Of a stretch of 41,238 bases of DNA, positions 1-7,800 are shown in pieces. A program made the translations under genes and the position numbers. Location: NCBI GenBank assembly GCA_903921665.1, contig CAIXQT010000012.1, positions 1 through 41,238 of the forward strand, read 5' to 3'. Each line of letters begins with the position of its first letter. Within the stretch, counting starts at the first letter, position 1. Origin of the DNA: an uncultured Opitutia bacterium. Its GTDB lineage: Bacteria > Verrucomicrobiota > Verrucomicrobiia > Opitutales > UBA953. Under the pieces are notes generated by a model, which was given only the letters and a program-made list of their open reading frames with translations, was not told where the DNA came from and did not search any database.

Positions 1-1
1 C

Positions 2-841
2 CATCGCCCCACCGAGAAGGTCGTGGCTGCAGCCGATGACTTCATCACCAAAGACCGAGCGGAAGCCCAGCTCCTGGAGGCGATGGGTGTCCTCCAAGCG
101 CATGGCGCCATCCGCCCCGCCTTGCTTGATGGCATGCAGTCATCGTCCGATTTCCGCATCCGTGCCTATGCGACGCGCGTCGTCGGTGAATGGTCGATGC
201 AACTACCCGACGCCCAGGTGCGCCTGGCGAAGGCCATCGCCGATACCCATCCCCGTGTTCGCCTCGAAGCCATCGTCGCCCTGAGTCACGTCGGGGGGCA
301 GGCTTCTTTACGTACCGCCTTGGGGGTGCTAGACCATCCGACCGACAAGTTCCTCGACTATGCCCTGAAGCAGACCGTGCGTCATCTGGCGCCGACGGCC
401 GGTAAGCTGGCTACAGAACTGTCCCCTCCGCAGGCCGCCTACCTTAAGAAGGTCATCAGCAGCGGACCAGCCGTCGTGTCGCCTGGCCAAGCCATCTACG
501 AAGCCTTGTGCCTGAACTGCCACCAAGCCGCCGGCCAAGGTCTCACCGGCGTCTATCCGCCTTTGGCCAAGAGCGAGTGGGTCTCGGGTGATTCCCAGAC
601 CCTCATTCGGATCACCATGCATGGACTAGCCGGACCGACGAAGGTCCTTGGCAAAGACTATGGCCTCGTGCCGATGCCTCCGATGGGTCTCGACGACCAG
701 CAGCTCGCCGATGTCCTGACTTACGTTCGCAGCGCCTTCGGCAACAAAGCTCCCGCCGTGAAGAGCGAGGAAGTTAAAGCCGTGCGCGACGCGACGAAGG
801 GCCGAACCGCTCCGTGGACGGCGTCCGAGCTAGGGAAGTGA
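2..841 (+). CDS. C-terminal part of a HEAT-repeat / c-type cytochrome domain protein (PVC-type heme-binding domain); 5' end lies outside the window
   Basis: The frame is open from the window edge, with no stop upstream of the listed GTG at 23. HEAT-like segment 'HPRVRLEAIVALSHVG'. Heme c motif CLNCH at nt 508-522, followed by a 'PMPPMG' region that could supply the Met ligand. The architecture parallels the cytochrome part of the giant ORF 4879-10002. Confidence 0.8.
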   Translation, partial: HRPTEKVVAAADDFITKDRAEAQLLEAMGVLQAHGAIRPALLDGMQSSSDFRIRAYATRVVGEWSMQLPDAQVRLAKAIADTHPRVRLEAIVALSHVGGQASLRTALGVLDHPTDKFLDYALKQTVRHLAPTAGKLATELSPPQAAYLKKVISSGPAVVSPGQAIYEALCLNCHQAAGQGLTGVYPPLAKSEWVSGDSQTLIRITMHGLAGPTKVLGKDYGLVPMPPMGLDDQQLADVLTYVRSAFGNKAPAVKSEEVKAVRDATKGRTAPWTASELGK

Positions 842-845
842 TACC

Positions 846-1772
846 TCACCCCTGCTGCTTTCGAGTCAAGGACTGTACCCAGGCGACGCCCGCCAAGGTG
901 ACCGCGCCGCCGACCAGGGTCAGGGTCGACGGTTGTTCGCCGAGGACCATCCAACCGAAGAGCACGGAGAAGACCGGGATCGCGTAGACGGCGCTCATCA
1001 CCGTCGTGATCGGCAACGTCACCAGCACCCAGGACCAGATCGTGTAACAGAGGGCGGCCGGGACTACTCCTAGGAAAATCAGGTGGACCCAGCCTATGCC
1101 GGATAAGCGCGAAGCCGTGCCGATCAGGTCCTCGGAGAAGGGCAGGAGGCCCAGCGTGCCTAGCCAGATGGCCCAAGTGGTCACGTCCACGGCCGCATAG
1201 CGCTGGGTAAGAGATTTACTAATGACCGTCTGGATGGCGGCGCAGAGGGCCGCTCCGAGAATCAGCAGGGAGCCGAGGTTGAACGTCAGTCCGGTCTCGG
1301 AGCCGGCGGCAGTCAGGATCACCCCGCACAACGAAAGCCCGATGCCCAGCCATGCGAGCAGGCCGACCTTCTCGCGGCCGGCGAGCACGCCGATGAGGAT
1401 GACGAGGACAGGGATGCACGAGATGAGCATCGAGCCCGTGCCGGCGTTGACGGTCCGTTCGCCGTAATTGATACCGAGGTTGTAGAGGCAGAAGCCGAAA
1501 AGACCGAGCATCGCGACCTGGGGCCAGTCGCCGCGCGCGGGGAGGGGGCGTCCGCGATAAAGCCATATCGGGAGCATGACCGAAGAGGCGATCAGGTAGC
1601 GCATCGCCCCAAGCTGCCCGGAGCCGACTTCCGGAAGCACCGCCCGGACATTGACCCACGACATGCCCCACGCGACGACGTTGAAGAACATCGCGGCGTA
1701 GGCCCAGCGGCGGGCGGAAGAGCCTTCGATCACGAACGGCAGCCGATCAGCTCGATCAGTTTGTAAGCGCAA
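846..1772 (-). CDS. EamA/DMT-superfamily transporter (drug/metabolite permease)
   Basis: About 10 hydrophobic helices in two EamA-like halves. An alternative start at GTG 1733 gives a GTGA overlap with the stop (1730-1732) of the upstream gene, which suggests translational coupling. The ATG at 1772 would overlap that gene by 43 nt. Confidence 0.8.
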   Translation of the reverse strand: MRLQTDRADRLPFVIEGSSARRWAYAAMFFNVVAWGMSWVNVRAVLPEVGSGQLGAMRYLIASSVMLPIWLYRGRPLPARGDWPQVAMLGLFGFCLYNLGINYGERTVNAGTGSMLISCIPVLVILIGVLAGREKVGLLAWLGIGLSLCGVILTAAGSETGLTFNLGSLLILGAALCAAIQTVISKSLTQRYAAVDVTTWAIWLGTLGLLPFSEDLIGTASRLSGIGWVHLIFLGVVPAALCYTIWSWVLVTLPITTVMSAVYAIPVFSVLFGWMVLGEQPSTLTLVGGAVTLAGVAWVQSLTRKQQG

Positions 1773-2935
1773 GCCTGCGCGAACTCCTTGTCGTTGATCG
1801 CGAGGTCGAACTCCTGGACCGGCACCTTGGCGTGCGCCTTGAGCGCCGTGAACAGGGCGTCGTCGGCCGCCGCGTCATGGAAGGGCTGGCCTGCGGCGCT
1901 GATGACCGAGATCGCCTTGCGCGGGATCATGATGGCCGTACCGGCCTGGTAGGAGTTGGCCTTCTTCGCGACGATCTCGCCGAGCTGCCGGCATTCGTCC
2001 GCCGTCGTGCGCATCAGCGTGATCTGCGGATTATGGATGTAGAAGTTGCGTCCTTCGAACTTGGCGGGCACTGACGTCCGTTCGCCGAAGTTCACCATGT
2101 CGAGGCAGCCCGGGGCGACGACCACGGGGATGTTCGCCTTGGCCGCGGCGTCCATACGGTCCGGGCCGGCGTTAAGATTACCGCCCACGAGTTCATCGGC
2201 CCATTCGGTCGTGGTGACGTCAAGGACGCCGGCAACGATGCCGCTCTCGATGACCGATTCCATGATACGGCCGCCCGTACCGGTGGCGGCGAAGACCAGG
2301 ACTTCGTAGCCGGCGGCTTCGAGGACTTTCTTGGCTTCCGTGACGCAGGTGGTCGTGTTGCCGAACTGGCTGGCGACGATGAGGGGCTTGGCGGCGCCGA
2401 CTTCGGGCTCGGCGGAGACCATGCCGCAGATCGCACCAGCGGCGCGGGTGAAGATGACGCGGGAAAGGCGGTTAAGTCCCGCGACGTCGGCGATGCTGGG
2501 CATCATCGTGATGTCCTTGGTGCCGAGGTAGGGTGCGACATTGCCTGCGGCCAAGGTCGAGACCATCAGCTTCGGGAAGCCAAGGGGTAGGGCGCGCATG
2601 GCAGCTGTACCGATGGCCGTGCCTCCTCCGCCGCCCAGGGAGATGATGCCGTGGATAAGTCCATCGGAGGCCAGTTTCGAGACCAAGGCAGGGGCGGCGT
2701 GGGTCATCGCGACGACGCAGGCGCCGCGGTCCTTCTTGGCCATCAGCGAAGCCAGGTCGAGGCCGATGGCGGCGGCGACCTGTTCGCGGGTGATGTCGGG
2801 TTGCACCGTAGCCGGGCCGCCCGTGCCGACATCGATCAGCAACGGCTTGTGGCCATGCCGGGCGATGAGCGCGGCCACGAAGGCATGTTCTTCGCCCTTG
2901 GAATCAAGCGTACCGAGAACTGCGATCGTGGCCAT
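1730..2935 (-). CDS. Tm-1-like ATP-binding domain protein (UPF0261 family)
   Basis: The N-terminus 'MATIAVLGTLDSKGEEHAFV' and the ~400 aa length are typical of UPF0261. It lies 7 nt downstream of its usual TIM-barrel partner gene. Confidence 0.8.
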   Translation of the reverse strand: MATIAVLGTLDSKGEEHAFVAALIARHGHKPLLIDVGTGGPATVQPDITREQVAAAIGLDLASLMAKKDRGACVVAMTHAAPALVSKLASDGLIHGIISLGGGGGTAIGTAAMRALPLGFPKLMVSTLAAGNVAPYLGTKDITMMPSIADVAGLNRLSRVIFTRAAGAICGMVSAEPEVGAAKPLIVASQFGNTTTCVTEAKKVLEAAGYEVLVFAATGTGGRIMESVIESGIVAGVLDVTTTEWADELVGGNLNAGPDRMDAAAKANIPVVVAPGCLDMVNFGERTSVPAKFEGRNFYIHNPQITLMRTTADECRQLGEIVAKKANSYQAGTAIMIPRKAISVISAAGQPFHDAAADDALFTALKAHAKVPVQEFDLAINDKEFAQACAYKLIELIGCRS

Positions 2936-2942
2936 GGTCGGG

Positions 2943-3815
2943 TCAGAAGAACTTACGCTTCACCGGGATCTGCTTGAAGCGCTGGGTGAGGTCGGTGAGG
3001 GACTGCTCGACGGCCATGCGTTCAAGGCTCGAGGCGCCGACGAAGCCGTCGGTGTCGGTATGCTCGTTGATGAAGGCGGCGTCGTCCGGGGTGTTGATCG
3101 GACCGCCGTGGCTGAGGAAGATGAGGTCCTTGCGGACGGACTTGGCTGCATCGATGATGCCTTGGGTGATCTTGGCGGCTTCCGGGAGCGACATCGTGGC
3201 GTTGGTCACGCCGATCGAGCCGCCGACCGTGGTGCCCACGTGGGCGATGATGACGTCGGCGCCGGCTTCGGCCATCGCCTTGGCTTCCTCGGGGGAGCCG
3301 ACGTAGACGATGGTGAACATTTCCATCTTGCGGGCGAGGGCGACGGTCTCGAACTCCTTCTTCACGCTCATGCCCGTCTCTTCGAGGATCTGGCGGAACT
3401 TGCCGTCGATGATCGTGTGGGTCGGGAAGTTGTTGATGCCGGAGAAACCCATGTCCTTCACCTTGCCGAGCCAATGCCACATGCGGCGGCGGGGGTCGGT
3501 GGCGTGGACGCCGCAGATCACGGGGATTTCTTCGACGACGGGCAGGACCTCGTATTCGCCGATCTCCATCGCGACCGCGTTGGCGTCACCGTAGGCCATC
3601 ATGCCGGCGGTGGATCCGTGGCCGGCCATGCGGAAGCGTCCCGAGTTATAGACGATGACCAGGTCGGCGCCGCCGCGTTCGATGAACTTCGCGCTGATAC
3701 CCGTGCCGGCGCCGGCGGCGATGATCGGCTTGCCCTTGGACATCGTGTCACGGAGACGGGCGATGACTTCGGTGCGGGTGTAGGGGTTTCCTTTTCCGGT
3801 CCAAGGGTTGGGCAT
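2943..3815 (-). CDS. Phosphoenolpyruvate-hydrolase-like TIM-barrel protein (partner of UPF0261/Tm-1-like proteins)
   Basis: 'KPIIAAGAGTGISAKFIERGGADLVIVYNSGRFRMAGHGS' is characteristic of this family. Start taken at the internal ATG 3815 (MPNPWTGKG...) rather than the ORF-track start at 3875. Confidence 0.8.
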   Translation of the reverse strand: MPNPWTGKGNPYTRTEVIARLRDTMSKGKPIIAAGAGTGISAKFIERGGADLVIVYNSGRFRMAGHGSTAGMMAYGDANAVAMEIGEYEVLPVVEEIPVICGVHATDPRRRMWHWLGKVKDMGFSGINNFPTHTIIDGKFRQILEETGMSVKKEFETVALARKMEMFTIVYVGSPEEAKAMAEAGADVIIAHVGTTVGGSIGVTNATMSLPEAAKITQGIIDAAKSVRKDLIFLSHGGPINTPDDAAFINEHTDTDGFVGASSLERMAVEQSLTDLTQRFKQIPVKRKFF

Positions 3816-3835
3816 GGTGATGAGAGGGGGGAAGG

Positions 3836-4786
3836 GTGGTCGGGGGTTGCGCCTTGCGGGATAGGTCTTATGCAAAGGACGTGGCCCGCAAGAGCGATTT
3901 AAAACATTACAGCGAGACGCAACTCCGTCATTCCGAGACGGACATCGAGAATCCGCGCTCCCGCCGCCAGATCGTCGCCTCGGCGGATTACAAAGATGAG
4001 CGCCCTTGGGTCCTTTCAGCCGTCCGCTGCAAGGAGCTCGGGCTCTTCGAGATCGCCCATCTTGGCATCGCGGAGATGCTGGCGCCCTATGAGGTCGTCC
4101 GGGCCAATCAAAGCGGGGCCTTCTTCATGGCCTGCTTGGGCGGACAGGGCCAGGTCTGGGTCGACGGCCGCTGGCGGACGATCTCGGCGGGTCAGGCCTG
4201 CCTGCAGCCGGCCGGCATCCGTAATTCCTTCCGCATCGGACGAAGCAAGCGATGGGACTTCTGCTGGATTCGTTTCGGCGGCGGCGTGAGGTCGAACACC
4301 ATTTTCCGGGCCAGCTCGCCGGTACTCGCCGAATTCGACTCCGAGCCGTTGCGCGCGGCCATCAGCGGACTGATCGCCGAGCTCAAAGGGGCCGGCGTAT
4401 CTCGTCGTAACCACCAGTGGATCGAGCTCGCCTATGATTATGTGCGTAGTTTCGCCGGCAGCTTCCGCGGTGACCCGCGGGTCCAGCGACTCTGGGACGA
4501 GGTGCATGCCCGCCTTGATTTCGCCTGGGATACCAAGTCCCTGGCCCGATCATCGGGGCTGAGTTTCGAGCACTTGCGTCGCCTGTGTCTCAAGGAGATC
4601 GGGCGAACGCCGATGAACCACCTGACCCACTTGCGCATCCAGCAGGCCATCCGGCTGATCTGCGACTCAGATGACAAGCTTGCTGTCATCGCCAGGAAGG
4701 TCGGCTTCGCCAATGGCAACAGTTTCTCCTCGGCCTTCAAGAAGTCGACCGGGCACGCCCCCTCTCACTTCCGGGCGGAGGGGTAA
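3836..4786 (+). CDS. AraC-family transcriptional regulator
   Basis: C-terminal double HTH: 'LARSSGLSFEHLRRLCLKEIGRTPMNHLTHLRIQQA' and 'KVGFANGNSFSSAFKKSTGHAPSHFR'. It is divergent from the Tm-1-like operon. The start is uncertain: in-frame GTG at 3881 and ATG at 4076 are alternatives. Confidence 0.85.
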   Translation: MVGGCALRDRSYAKDVARKSDLKHYSETQLRHSETDIENPRSRRQIVASADYKDERPWVLSAVRCKELGLFEIAHLGIAEMLAPYEVVRANQSGAFFMACLGGQGQVWVDGRWRTISAGQACLQPAGIRNSFRIGRSKRWDFCWIRFGGGVRSNTIFRASSPVLAEFDSEPLRAAISGLIAELKGAGVSRRNHQWIELAYDYVRSFAGSFRGDPRVQRLWDEVHARLDFAWDTKSLARSSGLSFEHLRRLCLKEIGRTPMNHLTHLRIQQAIRLICDSDDKLAVIARKVGFANGNSFSSAFKKSTGHAPSHFRAEG

Positions 4787-4878
4787 TTCTGCCCGAATGT
4801 GCATCTGAGAGGGGTCGGGTTGTGGTTCGGGGTATTGCTAAGTCTTGTAGGGCTCGGGTGGCCTCCTTTGATAGGAAC

Positions 4879-7800
4879 ATGCTTCCCCGCATCGCCCCCC
4901 TCCTGCGTGCCGCCTTGGTCTTCGCCACCGCCGCTCTTTGCGCCGCGCCGATCAAAGTCACGATCATCTCCGACGATGCCGCGGCCGTCAGGTCGCTCGC
5001 CGACGAACTGCATGCCGCCGGTGCGGTCGTGAACGAAGCGGCTCGTCCGCGGGATATCCTCGCCGCCACTCACGACAAGGACGAGGTCATCGTCCTCTAT
5101 CGTAAGAACTACACCCCCTACGAGGTCATCGACCGCGCGGCCCTTGCCGACCTTTCCAATCGCGGCATCGGTTTCGTCGCCTTGCGCGGCGCGATCGCCG
5201 GGCCTTCGGCCACCTGGGGCAAGGAGATGTTCGGCGCCGGATGGACGGCCGAAAGCCGACGCTTCCGCGCCCTGATGATGTTGAACGTCCGCACCGATGC
5301 GCATCCGCTTGCCAAGGATGCTTCCACCTTCGACGTCACCGATGAGACCGTCTTCGAACTCGATCTGCACGAGAAGGTCCAGGTGCTCGCTTCGTCCTTC
5401 ACTTCGAAGGTGACCAACACTCGTAGGCGCGCCACAGAGGTCGCTGATAAAGCCTCGGTCTATGACATCCAGCCCCAGGCTTGGGTCTTCGAAAACTCTC
5501 GCATCCGTTCCGCCGTGTTCCTGCAGGGCGACGCCGCCACCTTGGCGCACTCCAGTTACCGCACGTTCATCAAGCGTGGCATCGCCTGGGCGGCCCGTCG
5601 CGCCAACACCGACGAACTTTGCGCCCCGAAGGACCTCGTGGACATGCGTTATCCGGTCGGCGGCCCCAGCCGTGCCGCCCAGGCGATCGCCGCTTTCCAG
5701 CTGCAGCCCGGATTCAAGGCTAACGCCGTGGCCGCCGAACCGTTGATCAACAAGCCCATCGCCGTCCAGTGGGATGAGCGCGGCCGGATGTGGGTCGCCG
5801 AGACTCCTGAGTATCCCAATGGTCGTCGACCGCTCACCGCCGAATCCTGGCGTGAAGGCGGGGTGCTCGTGCCCGGCAGCTATGACCGTCCGGCCCAGGA
5901 TAAGATCAGCGTGCTGATCGACACCGACGGTGACGGCGTCGCCGACAAGAAGCAGCTCTTCCACGAAGGCCTCGAGCTGATCACGGGTTTCTGTCATTAC
6001 AAAGACGGCATCATCGTCGTCGCCCACCCCAATATCCTGTGGCTCCGCGATACCGACGGCGACGGCAAGGCGGACAAGGAAGTCGTCCTTTTCGGAGGCT
6101 TCACCCCGGGCGACACCCACTTCGTCGCCAACCACTTCATCCTCGCTCCCGATGGCTGGATCTACGCCAGCCACGGCGGCGGCGGCGAAGCGACGTTCCC
6201 GAACGACCCTGCCAAGAAGGTCCGCATTTCTTCCGGCACCTTCCGCTTCAAGCCCGATGGTTCGGCCATCGAGCAGATCGCCTCCCAAGGCGGCAACAGC
6301 TTTGGCAACGAAGTCACCAGCACCATGGAGCTCTTCCATGGCAAGGCGACGAACGGCAACCCGATCCAGCACGTCGTCGTGCCGGAGTCGGTCCTCGCGA
6401 AAGCCCCTGGCACGACGGCGAAGGCCTTCAGCTCGGTCAATCCGCGTCGCGAGGTGGCCCGCAAGGACCTTCCCGATCGCGCGCCCTTGATGCAGATCGA
6501 CCAGGTCGGACACTACTCCGCAGCCTGCGCCGCCATGGTGTACGAAGGCGGGGCGTGGCCCAAGGAATATGCCGGCACGGTCTTCATGTCCGAGCCGATC
6601 CTCGACATCATCCACCACGAGAAGCTCACCCTGAACGGACCGGCCTACGAAGGCAGCCTTCTCCTGCAGGACAAGGAATGGCTTCGTTCCACCGACCACT
6701 GGTTCTGTCCGATCGACCTGAGCGTCGGACCTGATGGCGCGATGTACGTCCTGGATTTCTACACGCCGGTCGTCGCCCACAATGACACCCGCGGCCCACA
6801 GCATAGCAAGTCCGGCGCCTCCGTCCGCCCTGATCGCGAACACTACTTCGGACGCATCTATCGCATCCAGCATGAGGCCGCTGAGAAGTTCGAGGTCCCC
6901 GACCTATCCAAGGCAGACGTGGCGGGACTCGTCGCGGCTTTCAATCATCCCAACAAGAACATCCGCTTCAACGCCGTGCGCGTCCTGATGGACAAAGATG
7001 CCGGCCTGCTCGCCTCCGCCGTCGGTCCGCTCGTGACCCTCGTCCGCAGCGACGCCAAGGCCGAAGCCCGCATCCAAGCGCTCTGGGCATTGCAAAGACT
7101 CGATCGCCTTGAAGACGGTCTCCTTCGCGCCCTTTGCGGCGACGCCGATGCGGCCGTGCGCAAGAACGCCTTCCTCGTCGCCGAGGCGAGCCGTGCCAAA
7201 CTCCCGACCGACGTCTACGCCAAGGCGCTGGACGACGCTGATGGTCGCGTCCGCCTGGCCGCCCTCCGCGCCATGGGTGCGGCGCCGCTCGACGCCTCCT
7301 CTGGCGTGCTGTTGCTCCGCGCCCAAGCCAACTTCACGGACGCGTGGTCCAAGGCCGCCGCGACCGCTGCGGCGGGTTCCAATCCGGGTCCCGTCCTTGC
7401 TGGCATCCTCAGCGGCCCCGCCGACGCCGCCGGCGTCGAATTCGCCCGCACCCTGGCCGCCTCGTTGAATGGTGACGACGCCGTCGCGGTCTTGGCCGCC
7501 GCGGCCAAGTCCGCCAACAAGCCCGTCGTTACGGCCGTATTGGGCGAACTTTCGGCCCGTCGCGTGGCCGCGCCGGCCATGCTCGAGCCGGCTCGCGCCG
7601 CTCTGCGCGCCTTGCTTGCCAGCCAAGATGACACCATCTCCGGCTCCGCCGCCGCGATCGCCGCGCTCTGGTTCACCGATGGCAGCCTGAAGGCCGAGCT
7701 CGCCGCCGCCGCCAACCGTCTCTTGCCCGTGCTCGCCGGATCGAAGGCCGATGCCTCGACCGAAGCACAGGTCGCGGCCGCTCGCGTGCTCGTCCTGCTT

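Noticed and set aside
2541-3902. 453-aa plus-strand ORF spanning two minus-strand genes
   Set aside because: It runs antisense across the Tm-1-like and TIM-barrel genes and across their intergenic gap. It has no motifs and looks like a shadow ORF.
4765-6873. 702-aa minus-strand ORF antisense to the giant gene, with similar long antisense ORFs at 6904-8325 and 8782-9948
   Set aside because: They lie fully inside a strongly supported plus-strand gene. The translations are Arg/Gly/Asp/Ala-rich low-information sequence with no recognisable motif. These are typical shadow ORFs of a high-GC genome.
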